DNA of 64,000 nucleotides from Gracilinanus agilis (taxonomy: Eukaryota): contig NC_058131.1 in the NCBI RefSeq assembly GCF_016433145.1, positions 658,483,394 through 658,547,393 of the forward strand, read 5' to 3'. The notes beneath the pieces are model-generated. The model was not told the DNA's origin, searched no databases, and saw nothing but the letters and a program-made list of their open reading frames with translations. This document shows positions 25,421-37,134 of the stretch, in pieces. The translations under genes and the position numbers were made by a program. Numbering within the stretch: position 1 is the stretch's first letter; each line of letters opens with the position of its first letter.

Positions 25421-26752
25421 GAGAGACTAGGTTTAGATCAACATCTCACACCCTATAGCAAGATAAATTCAGAATGGGTGAATGACTTGAATATAAAGAA
25501 GCAGACTATAAGAAAATTAGGGGAACACAAAATAGTATACTTGTCAGATTTCTGGGAAAAGAAATATTTTTAAAACCAAGCAAGAGTTAGACAAAATTAC
25601 AAAATGTCAAATAAATAATTTGATTACATTAAATTAAAAAGGTTTTGTACAAACAAAAACAACACAACTAAAATCAGAAGGGAAACAACAAACTAAGAAA
25701 AAATCTTTATAACAAAAAACTCTGACAAAGGTTGAATTACTCAAATATACAGGGAGCTAAATCAATTGTACAAAAAATCAAGCCATTCCCCAATTGAAAA
25801 ATGGGTAAGGGACATGAATAGGCAATGTTCAGATAAAGAAATAAAAACTATCAATAGGCGCATGAGAAAGTGTTCTAAATCTCTAATAATTAGAGAAATG
25901 CAAATCAAAACAACTCTGAGGTATCCCCTCACACCTAGCAGATTGGCTAAAATGATAGCAGGGGAGAGCAATGAATGTTGGAGGGGATGTGGCAAAATTG
26001 AGACATCAATACATTGTTGGTGGAGTTGTGAATTGATCCAACCATTCTGGATGGCACTTTGGAATTATGCCATGCCATTGCTGGGTTTGTATCCCAAAGA
26101 GATAATAAGGAAAAAAAAACATACAAAAATATTTATAGCCACCCTCTTTGTGGTGGCAAAAAACTGGAAAACGAAGGTATAACCTTCAATTGAGGAATGG
26201 CTGAACAAATTGTGGTTTTTGTTGGTGATGGAATACTATTATGCTCAAAAGAATAATGAACTGGAGAAACTCCATGTGAACTGGAAAGACCTCCAGGAAT
26301 TGATGCAGAGCGAAAGGAGCAGAGCCAGAAGCACATTGTACACAGAGACTGATATACTGTGGTAAAAATCGAATGTAATGGACTTCTGTACCAGCAGCAA
26401 TGCAATGACCCAGGACAATTCTGAGGGATTTATGGAAAAGAATGATACCCACATTCAGAGGAAGAACTACAGGAGTGGAAACATAGAAGAAAAACAAACT
26501 TCTTGAACACATGGGTTGATGAGGACATGATTTGAGATGTAGACTCTTAATGACCAAATATTGATAATACAGAAATATTATAGAGCAATTATCAATAATA
26601 GAGAAATATGTCTTGATCAATGACACATGAAGAAACCAGTGTAAATGCCTGTCGGCTACGGGGTGTAGGGGGAGATAGAGAGCAAGAGCATGAATCATGT
26701 AACCATGGAAAAATTTTTTCTAAAATATAAAACAATTTTAAAAATTTAAAAA
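25421..26752 (+). mobile_element. 5'-truncated L1_Mdo-type LINE-1 (ORF2 C-terminus plus 3'UTR)
   Basis: ORF 25766-26182 has IREMQIKTTLRY...CWRGCG...HCWWSC (L1 ORF2 Cys-rich domain); exact 14-bp TSD AATTGAATAAAGAA (25407-25420 / 26753-26766). Confidence 0.97.
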
Positions 26753-27237
26753 AATTGAATAAAGAATTTTAAAAACAAGGATAAAGGCTAAAAGCAGTTT
26801 TTTTTCTAATTAAATTTCTTTCATAAAGATATTACAAATAAATTTCTTTTCAATTAGTTTCTTAAAAGTTAAAATTTCCTTTGCTTACCAGAGGTATAGA
26901 AAAAGCCCATTATCTCTCATAGCAATATTACCAATTGGATATCAGAGACCAACCAATATGCTATTTAAGTTACTGCAATAAATAGACCAAATTAGATAGA
27001 GACAAATATGTGAGTAATTTTAAATCACTTTTTTTTCAAGAACTAGCTATAGAATACACATTATTGTGCTATAAAGAGAAGAACACTAGATTATACACCA
27101 AAAGACTTAGATAAATTCTAGTCTTTGCTTTATCACTAATTGTGTCTTTTTGGCCAACTCACTTTACCACTCTGAATGGAGCTGGTCTATATTCTCATTC
27201 AAACAACATTTATTGAAAACCTATTTAGCAAAAGGGA

Positions 27238-27452
27238 GGGGGAGCTTAGGAGGCTTAATGGATGGAAAGCAAGATCAAAAGACAGGAAGTCCCAGGTTCA
27301 AATATGACATCAGACATTTCCTAGCTGTGTGAGCCTGGGCAATTCACTTACCCTAGACACCCCCCCCCAATTTCACAGCCCTTACCACTCTTCTGCCTTA
27401 GAACCAATACACAGTATTGATTCTATAATGGAAGGTAAGGGTTTCCAAAAAA
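27238..27452 (+). mobile_element. SINE1_Mdo-type SINE
   Basis: ggttcaaatatgacatcagac...cccttaccactcttctgccttagaaccaatacacagtattgattc...gaaggtaagggttt. Confidence 0.9.
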
Positions 27453-27678
27453 TATTATGTGTAAAGTATATAGGCAAGTGTTGAAGATTCAGAAGCCTAA
27501 AATAACAGCACAGGAAAAAAGAGAGAAGAATGGGTTTGAAATCACTAGACCTGGCTACAAATTCTGATTGCTACTCATTTACTGTGTCACCTCAAATTAA
27601 TCACTTAATATTTTTGGATCTGTTTCTTCATCTATAAAATTGAAAGAGCTAGATGCTATAAAAATATGTTTTCTATAC

Positions 27679-27930
27679 TTGTTGTTTAGTTGGCTTTTAG
27701 TCATATCCAACTCTTTGTGACCCCCTTTTGGAGTTTTCTTGGCAGACACTAGAATGGTTTGTCATTTCCTTCTCCAGTTCATTTTATGGATGAGGAAACT
27801 GAGATAAACAGGGTTAAGTGACTTGCCCAGGGCAGTGCAGCTAGTAAGTGTCTATCTAACAACAGCTTAAACTCAGGAAGATGAGTCTTTGACTCCAGGC
27901 TGAACACTATCTACTGTGCCATGGAGCTTT
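27679..27930 (-). mobile_element. MAR1 CORE-SINE, reverse
   Basis: ttagtcatatccaactctttgtgacccc...catttccttctccag...gaggaaactgag...gttaagtgacttgcccaggg. Confidence 0.9.
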
Positions 27931-28149
27931 CCCTTTTAATCTACATTATTGTCTTCAAATGGTTTCCCTCTAGATATTTTCTAGGTTTCCTTTTCTGGTT
28001 TCCCAATGCTACACTCTAGATATTTTGTAGGTTTTCTTTCAAGTATGAATCTGTGATTCCTAACCTTAATGAGGTTAGAGATAAATATAGCCCATCTATG
28101 AAGTTGGACACAGGACATATTCACAACTAAGTTTAGTGTAAATAAATAA

Positions 28150-28750
28150 ATTATGAGAAGATACAGGAAATTTGTCAGGAAAATGATTGATGGAGGAAGA
28201 AGCATATTAATGCAACCTTGAAAGGTTCAAAGACATGAACAGATGGAGATTGGATAAGGAAAAGTATATTTCAAGCATTGCAACCTGAGAGTATGTTTGA
28301 TTAGAAAGATTAGGGAAATAATAAAAGTTATGTATCATCATTTGGGGGTCAAAGGACCTGAGTTCAAATCCTGAACACATAATACTGATGGGACTAATTT
28401 ACTTAATTCTGAATTTCAAATATTTCATCCCCAAAATGGGAGGATTTGTTGACTTCTAAGGAATTACCAGTCCTAAATCTAGGAGCCTGTGCATGTAACA
28501 AAGCAAATGAATAGGAGGAAGGAGGGAGCATTTGGTAGAACATAGAAATAAAAAAAAAATAAAAACATGGAAGAGAGTATCAGGTAATGACATTGAGGAA
28601 GGTTGAAACCAGATTGTGGGTATATTTTAAAGTCAGAATATGAACATAAAACTTTATTCTTAAAGTGATAGAGAGACAATTTTTAAATAGAAAATAAACA
28701 TTATCAAAGCATGTCATTTGAGTAGGTAATCTTTAATACTTCTAGTTCCA
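28150..28750 (-). mobile_element. L2 fragments, reverse
   Basis: Purine-rich L2 pattern (accagattgtgggtatattttaaag...tttaaatagaaaataaacattatc). Confidence 0.5.
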
Positions 28751-29389
28751 AAAGTCTATAATTATTTCATTCTCCAGTTATATAGGTTGCATTTTATTTG
28801 TATGTATATGCACTTATTTTTGGAAAAGTTTAACATTATAAAATAACTTATATCCCAATACATTTTCCCCTTACTTGTCCTTCATAATAAAGCATTCTAT
28901 TGTATGGGAAGGGAATTCAAACTCCTTTGAGGAAGAATGAGAATGAGCTCAAGCAGTCAAGCCCTTTTGCAAGTCAAGGTTGTAAAACATATTTCTCTTT
29001 TCCTTTCAACATATCTCCAATTCATCATCCTCAGGAGAACCTAAGTCTCTAGACAAAGACTTTATCTAGTTTAAATTTACTTAACAACAATTTGGAAAAT
29101 CTCTTCAAATCTCTCCAAATCTCTCTCATTTTCTATCAACACATTTTTTAAAGAAAAATGAGCCAAACATATCTGGAATAAATGCTTCTTAGATCAGGAT
29201 TTCATGTATTCTTCAAAATAACAGTTTCTTCCATAATTCACAGTCAATAAATATTTGTTAAGTTTCATTTATGTGCCAAGGACCATGTTTAATGTTGAGG
29301 ATACAATAAAAGGCATGAACAAATAAATAATCCTCTCCCTCATCCAAAAGCATCCAAAAACTAATAATAGAAATTTCCTGAGGAATTGT

Positions 29390-29620
29390 TATGAATCTAG
29401 AACTGCATTATCATGATATAGATCTGGAGGCTTTCTGGTACAATCTATAATGTCTGAGATCAAGCACTACAACACTACAAGAAAGTAGTTATCTCGCCTA
29501 CACTTGAAGAAATATAGTGAAAGGGAAGCTGCCATCTTCTACTGGGACTCATTCCCTCATTCAATTTTTGGAAAGTCTAATTATCAGGAAGTATTGTGGT
29601 TGTTATTTTTGTTGTTCCCC
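29390..29620 (-). mobile_element. CR1/L3 fragment, reverse
   Basis: gcctacacttgaagaaatatagtgaaagggaagc...tttttggaaagtctaattatcaggaag. Confidence 0.6.
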
Positions 29621-29879
29621 TGATAACTAGTTAAATCTGCATTTCTTCAAGTTATACCTTTTTCACCAAAGTTAGTTATGAGATTATTATTTATACAGAT
29701 GTAATAACAAAATATAACTAAATCAAAAGAATGCAAGGAAGGCCCTTGTTATATCACATTCTTTTATCCCTTTTTATCTCTTACTCCATCTCCTGGTGAA
29801 CTTGAAGGAAAATTTTCATCAACAGAAGCAATATTTGCATCAAATCTATTAGAGCATCAGCATCAGAGTACCAGTTTAA

Positions 29880-30440
29880 GATAGTGAGTTTTACAGAAAT
29901 TCAGAGGAAAAAAATCAATTATACATGATGGAAGCAGAATGGATTTTTAGGCAAGCCTTGAATGAGAAGCGACATATGATTGGCAGAAAAAGATGAGAGC
30001 TATTCCAAGCTCTACATATCAGTAGCAAGATCATGAAAATAGAAAAAACTCATGATCATAAGTTATAGAAAAAGAGGATGCAGAAACAAAATGACAATAA
30101 AAAGGTCAGCCCAAGTTAAGCAGAAGGAAAATCCTGGGGAAACCAAGTATATAGGAACAGGTAGATAAGATGAGGTCAAGATGAGATAGTGGTACTTTGG
30201 TTCATAGAGATCAAAACCAGGAAGATCAAGGTTCAAGATCTGCTTCTAATCTCTCTATTCCCCATGCAACTTTCTAAAACTGTAAGAATGTAGAGAAAAT
30301 ACAAATGTTGTATTAGGAGTTTAATGAGAATTTCATGATCTGGAAATTGGATATAACTAAGAAATCAAAGGTGAAGAAAAAATAAATTAAATATGAGGCC
30401 AGGTTATGAAGGACCTTGAAGGCTAAGTAGAATAATTTGA
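29880..30440 (-). mobile_element. L2 remnant with a nested MdoRep1-like SINE (~30190-30375, +)
   Basis: L2 purine-rich pattern on both sides; SINE core ggttcaagatctgcttct...ctaaaactgtaag. Confidence 0.5.
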
Positions 30441-32254
30441 ACTTATCATTTTTGGAAAACATTTAAAAAAACCTTTTACATTATTCTACTGGCTATCAAA
30501 TGACTGACTCCATATTTATATGTTTTATTTTTCAGAATCTACGACTTTTTATTTGATCGAGGAAGATTGTCTGGAAAGGTGACTATTTGTAGAACTAGCT
30601 ACAACATGACCATAATGATCATGAAAGATTTCTGTTATCAGATAGAAACTAAAAGAAATATTAAGTCCAGATAGAATACAAGAGTGGTCATTTCACTGAT
30701 ATTGTTTTAGAACTGACTGAATGAATTTTATAGAAAGAAGAAATTTCACAATGGCCTACCACCCTATAAACAATTGGGTTGTTTTAAGGACAGATTAACC
30801 ATTTGAGTAAAACACAGAGAAAATCTGGCTCTGTCTTTGATGTCATACATCTGCAGTCTGATGAGATTTTGCCATTCAGCAGCTAGAAGCTGGCTTATAA
30901 AATATTTAATGGTCAAGAAAAATTTAAGAATACTGTGCAGCTTGAAAGGAAAACAAACCATTTCTCAGCTGGCAGAAGCCAAAGATCACTGTCTCCCTGC
31001 TGCCAAAGATCAGACAATTGTTCACTTTGCAGGCATGGGAGAAATAGAGAGTTTTTGGCAAATAATTTAAAAGTTCAGTTGAATCAAGCAGCTGCTGTGA
31101 GGACTGACAGTTCTCTCTGTAACCCATAATAATCAATTCTTGCAGTAAATGTAAAAAAGGGCTGTTATTAAATTTGCATTACACACCTGCCAAACTCAAG
31201 GTTGGAATATTTCTTCTAAAGAGGGCTGCTCTACCTTTAAACAAACTCACACACTAGTCCTGAGGTGGAACTGAAATGGACTTATTTTGGTAATGGTGGT
31301 TCTAAATGGAAAGCTTAAATTTATGTCCTTATTTGAGATTCTTCACCACTCTATCTGGACAGAGAAAATTCAATAGTACTCTTACTTATATGTTTGTCTG
31401 TCTTTTTCTCTTGGTATTTTGACTCTAAAATTGTAAAAGGGAATTACAGGGAAATCTGAACTATAATCTCCCAGTACACCCAAATTCAGTATATCTGTGA
31501 ATCCCTTGCCTCCAATGACCATATGAAGGACTGAATCACACACGATCCCAAAGCAATCAATGATGAAGGTAATTTTCATCTAGATTTCCTAGCATTTTCC
31601 CCTTCTTTCCTCTAGTTTCCCAGAAGTGCCACTTATAGTGAAAAATACTTCAAGTAAAGACTTACAATGTAGTCTCTTCATCTTGAGGTGTCAGGGTATA
31701 CAAGTCCAGAGGGTTTTTAAGAGTTACACAGAAAGAGAGAATAAAAGGAAAAACAGAAATGCTTCTAAACTCATCAAAAGGTGGCATTTATTTGGGGACT
31801 TGCCTTTAAGGTTTCAATTTAGGGGATTAGAGGCTACCCTAGACCTTGCTCATAAGTAAATATTTACTAAAAAAAATGAAAATCCATGAGTATGAGAACT
31901 GAAATTTATCTCTGCCTGACCAACAAGGACAACAATTGTTGTAGGAACTTTAACAGATTTTTTTTAGATTTGATTTTGTTGAATTAAACAACTTTTATCC
32001 AGAATGTGGAACTAGAGGGGAAAATAAACAATCAACAACAAAAATATCCATACCTCTTTCCCACCATTAGTTTGGTAATCTCAAACAAATATCCCAAAGA
32101 CATCGCATTTGCCTTATTTTTAGCCTGCTCAGTCCAAACTCAGTAGGAACTTGGGAAAAGAAGGAGCAAGAGAGAAATAAGAAAAGGGGCAGAAGGGAAT
32201 TTCATTGCAAAGAAAAGAGATAATATTTCTCTATTCTCTAATTTAAGCTCTCTG

Positions 32255-32860
32255 CTCAGCTGCCAAAGATATTTTTGATGTCTGAGTATGTTACTTCCTC
32301 ACTCCAACTCAAAAGACTCCAGTGGCTCCCTATTATCTCTAGGACCAATATCAAACTCTATTTAGCTTTTGAAGCCCTTTACAATCCTGCTGTCCTTTCC
32401 TACCTTTCCACTCTTTTTTACACGTATGCCTTTCCAAATTCTCTACCATCCAGTTATTTTGTACTACTTCTTGTTTCTAATCCATCACACTCTATCACTT
32501 GGACTATATGCATTTACTTGGAAATTTTCTGTTTCTGGAATGATCTCACTCCTTTTCTTCATCTCTTAGCTTCCCTGGATTCCTTCACTACTAGCTCAAA
32601 TCTCACTTCATGCAGAAGTTTGTTTTTTTTCTTTATTTTTTCAATCCTCCCCACTGAGAATCTACCACATGCCTTCCATCTGAGACTACTTCCCAGGTAC
32701 AGTGGACGTATCTTTTAGGAACATAGTTATGTATGTATTAGTTTCCTCATTAAAACTTTAATTTAAAGCCTGGAAAAATATGGTCATCTTTCTTTATATA
32801 AACAATTTTTAGCATAGTGCCTGGAACACAGCAAGAACTTAATAAATGCTTGTTAAGTGA
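32255..32860 (+). mobile_element. L2 3' region
   Basis: ctccagtggctccctattatctctaggaccaatatcaaactc...agcatagtgcctggaacacagcaagaacttaataaatgcttg. Confidence 0.85.
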
Positions 32861-33238
32861 CTGAGCAAATCTAAGTCCCTTTTTTCTTTAATGTGTGAAC
32901 ATATTTCATTTTTGTTTATTATGTAATTAAACTGGATTATTTCTTACAGTACTCAATTCAACCCAAAATATGCAGGTCCAGAGGCAATTTACAAGAAAAA
33001 AAATCCCTAATATCCAAACTAGAAAACACCAAAAGATATTTGAAACTTTCAGATGACTAGATCCCTGATTCTTAGGGTTCAATAACCATCTTAAATACAG
33101 CCTTACAACAAGATTTTAATCAGTAAATATGTAATTGGTTAGTGATCCTTAAATTTGAAGTCACATAGGACTTTTTCAATAAATGTTTATTGAATGAAGA
33201 TGATGTGAAATAAGATAAACATATGACATTATATATTA

Positions 33239-33425
33239 GGGGCAGCTAAGTGGCTCAGTGGATAGAGAGCAAGGCCTGGAAAATGCAGGTCATGGGTACC
33301 AATTTGATATCAGATAGTTTCTGATTCTGTGATCCTAGTAATTCACTTAACCCCTCACCACTCTTCTGCCTTGAAACCATTACTTAGTATCTATCCTAAG
33401 ACAGAAGGCAAGAGTTTAAAAAAAA
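33239..33425 (+). mobile_element. SINE1_Mdo-type SINE, older
   Basis: ggggcagctaagtggctcagtggatagagagc...ccactcttctgccttgaaaccattacttagtat. Confidence 0.85.
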
Positions 33426-33819
33426 GTTTATTGGTAAGAGAACTGTTAAATTACAAGAAGGGAATACATTGTAATATAAGTATTTAGCAGAGTAAAACAT
33501 TGAGCAAATAAGGACCTCAGATATCAGGTCAGGATACTTTTAGACATTAGTTATTTTTTAGAACAAATAATGTCAATCAAGGAGACTTAAAAATATGATG
33601 TATTATTTCAAGTATTCACTGATAAAAATATTTCCTGTCTGACTATGACATTATTAGCAGAAGGAGAAATAGGAGAAATAATTATAATTAATAATATAAT
33701 TAATAATAATTGTAATAATAATAGTACTAGCAGCAATAGTAATAGTCATAACTAATAATTACTAAATTAGAGAAAAAGATTCTAGACTTTTTAAACTACT
33801 CATATAAAACTGATATCAT

Positions 33820-34005
33820 ATCTGATTCTTTGTGACCCAGTTTGGGGTTTTCTTGTCAATGATACAGGATTGGTTTGCCAAACTTCTCCAGCTCACTTTA
33901 CAAATAAAGAACTGAGGAAAACAGAATTAAGTGACTTGCCCAGAGTCACATAGCTACTAAGTATGTGAGCCCAAATTTGAATTCATGTCTTCCTGACTAC
34001 AGCTC
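33820..34005 (-). mobile_element. MAR1 CORE-SINE, reverse
   Basis: tctttgtgacccagtttggggttttcttg...aagtgacttgcccagagtcacatagcta. Confidence 0.85.
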
Positions 34006-34707
34006 CTAGAAGATAGGTAGTACCACAGAGAGAGGGCAGGATGACTCATCTACCTTTGTTCAAATCTAGTCTCAGAAACAGTATTTATTAATATTTTGAG
34101 GGCTCTGGCTTTTTTCTCAAGAGATATAAAAGAACAAAATTATACACGAGGCAATAGAGAGATACTATTTAATATAAAAATCAAATCTGGAGCCAATTTC
34201 CATTAATAAAAATATCTTCTTTATAAACTCACCAGCTCAGATCAATTTTCCAGTTCCCTCCCACTGTCACACTGAAATAAAAATGCCTGAGAGTGAAATG
34301 ACAGAAACATAGATTCCCTCTTCAGTATCCTATTCAATACCAAATACGTGGGTCATATATAATTTCCTAGCCCAGACATGAAGGGGAAACTTCCAAGAAA
34401 AACAGACCCAAGTACACAACTGGAAAACAGGAAATGATATTTTGCATTTGCAGATCCAAAATTCTTTGATTCATAAGTCAGTATAAGCATTCCAAGTGTG
34501 ACCTACAATACAATTTGATTCAATTCAAATGTGCCCAGAGGAAACAGGGAAAAGACATATGAAACAGACCACTAGCAAGCATCAAGGCATACTTGCCAGT
34601 GCTTCTAATGGACTTTGCTGATTTCAAAAAATAAATAAAGAAAAACTGTCCCAGCCATAAGCCATTCGCTGATTTTTCTTCAAGTTTTGGCCTTCTGTCC
34701 TCTAAAG

Positions 34708-34915
34708 CAGAGGTGTGGACTATGTGCTCCCAGCCACCAGCAACACTCTCAATTACAGAGAGAACCTAATTAAAATGTAATTGAGAAATATCTAACAAAA
34801 GATTATAGCAGAATGGAGAGACTGTCAATATGTGCATTTTAAAGTCAATATGTGGCCCACAGTGATCTTTATGTTTTGTTTAAATAACTGTTTCTGTTTG
34901 AGTTTGACACCATTA
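34708..34915. mobile_element. hAT-Charlie-type MITE
   Basis: Starts CAGAGGTG, ends agtttgacaccatta; flanks CTCTAAAG / ATCTAATT share TCTAA. Confidence 0.7.
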
Positions 34916-36074
34916 ATCTAATTTATCTGCCAGCCCACTGAAATGTTTCATTTAATACTTATAGATATTTTCATCCTTTGATGAAGAGACAGTTAGAGGA
35001 CATGCGTCTTTTTTAAAGGTATATTATGTAGACCAGTAACATTTCCCCTTTACTCATACAGGTTTTTTTTAATAGATATTTTATCAAATAGAGTATGTTC
35101 ACTTACACGTCCCCTCTATGTAGTATGCAATACAAGCTAGAAATCAAACTGTACTACCCTATTTAGAAGAATTCCCTAAGGAAAGACATATTTGGAGATG
35201 AAGGCTGTATGGCTAAAGAGATCCAAAAAAACTTTAGTGAATTTTGGACAAATTCAGGCATGTGACACTTCTCATGGTCACTAGGTAAGAAAGGAACAAG
35301 GAGTATCGTTTCCATCAGACCATCACTGGCATTGCTGGACCACGTCTTCTGTGGCACTGAGGAATTCCCTTTGAGGAAAATATTATGTGTGAGTGTATAC
35401 AGCTACATACACATATGCATTCATACATACACACATATATAATATATATGTACAGACAGGTGTAGTATAAATAGCACATTTATTTTTATCACATACATGT
35501 AATCGAATACTATTGTTTCCTCTGTCTTTGGCTGTTCTAAATTTGAGATGTACCAATAATAAGATCCCTAATTTTCTATCACGTAAAAATGAATAAAACT
35601 CACATGGTATCATTAAATTTAATCAAACAAATATTTATTAAGAGCTTACTGTGCACAAAGCCTTCTCTGGATGTGGTGTGACTTTGGGTCACAGAATGTT
35701 ATACTGGCAGAGTATTCATTTCTTCTGGCAGGTTCTACCCAGCTGGAATGGCTTTTTAGAATATGGGTTCAGCAACAGACTATGTTTCTGTTTGACAATC
35801 AAAATTGCTAACTTTGGAGAGGTCCCTCATTAGGTAGGATTCAGGGTGATGCACATTGTTTTGCAGAAATTCACAAAGATCTTTTACTAATCATATAAGA
35901 GTTGTGATCAATGTTAATAGAGGGAGCATCCCAACCAATGGAATTATAGATTCTATATATTAAGGTATTGAGAGATAGATAGATAGAGAGAAATTATATA
36001 TATACATGGATAAATATAAATAGATGATAGGTAACTGTAAATAAAAATAGAGATGACAAATAGAGATAGATGAC

Positions 36075-36480
36075 AGATGAACTATGTGCCATTCACTATG
36101 TTAAGTGTTGAGAATATAAATAAATGTAATCAAAACCGTCCTCACATTTGAGGAATTTATATTGTGATAAGAAAACCCAACCTTAACAAATGATCAGAAA
36201 ATGGGGGAGAAAGGAGAGACAGCAGATGGCAGCAGAGTATGTAGCTGGCAGGAAAGTGTAATGGTCACCAATAAAAGAGAAGGCAAAAAGTTCATCTTTT
36301 AGGAAAAAAAAAAAGACTTATGAAGAGGAAAGGTAGGTGATAGAATGGAGAGAGAAGTGACATTTAGGTTGGGGATTTGGCAAAATAAGGCAGAAGCTCA
36401 CTTGTCAGAGCCAAGAAGCCCAGGGAAACAATTTATGTCACTGGTGGGGAAGCAGTTAAAGTGATGATGTTAGTAGAGGA
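36075..36480 (-). mobile_element. L2 3' region, reverse
   Basis: actatgtgccattcactatgttaagtgttgagaatataaa...cctcacatttgaggaatttatattg. Confidence 0.6.
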
Positions 36481-36589
36481 TGAGAAGATCCAGAATATCA
36501 AACATATATAGTAACTGTCCTCATGCAACCTTGAAGATATGATTCATACAAGAGACAACAAAGAAGATGGATATAAGAATAGTTTTTTT

Positions 36590-36780
36590 TTTTTAAGTCA
36601 AGAAGCCTTGGATTCACTTTCTGCTTCTGATACTCACTCTCTATAGAAATAATAAGAGAAAATCACTTGATCATCAAGGTGTTCCATAAAACTCTCTGGG
36701 GTTCCAAAATGTAGAAGAAATATAAATCTACATTGGCTGAGACAGGGTTTTCACCTGAGGATTTCCTTTACAAACACAAA
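36590..36780 (+). mobile_element. CORE-SINE (MdoRep1-like)
   Basis: aagtcaagaagccttggattc...tctacattggctgagacagggttttcacctgaggatttcc. Confidence 0.55.
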
Positions 36781-36932
36781 TAAGTATTTTGAAAAATAAT
36801 GAATGATAATTACATTAAAAAGGGTGTACAACATGTGATATGAAATTTGAGGGAAGGGACTGAAATAAAAATTTCCATTTCTATCACCAAGCCAATATTT
36901 GGTACCCAGGAAGCACTTAAGAAATGACTTTT

Positions 36933-37134
36933 GGGGTGACAGCTGGATAGATCAGTGGATTGAGAGCCAGGCCTAGAGATGGGAGGTCCTAGGTTCAAAT
37001 CTGGCCTCAGACACTTTCCGAGCTGTGTGACCTTGGGCAAGTCACTTGACCCCCATTGCCTACCCTTACCACTTTTCTGCCTTGGAGCCAATACACAGTA
37101 TTGACTCCAAGATGGAAGGAAAGGGTTAAAAAAA
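36933..37134 (+). mobile_element. SINE1_Mdo-type SINE, young, full length
   Basis: Near-consensus body and tail; TSD AAGAAATGACT(T/G)TT (36919-36932 / 37135-37148). Confidence 0.97.

Noticed and set aside
25766-26182. 138-aa ORF as a host gene
   Set aside because: It is the L1 ORF2 C-terminal remnant inside a TSD-flanked L1
32275-32718. 147-aa ORF
   Set aside because: Lies entirely within an L2 3' region
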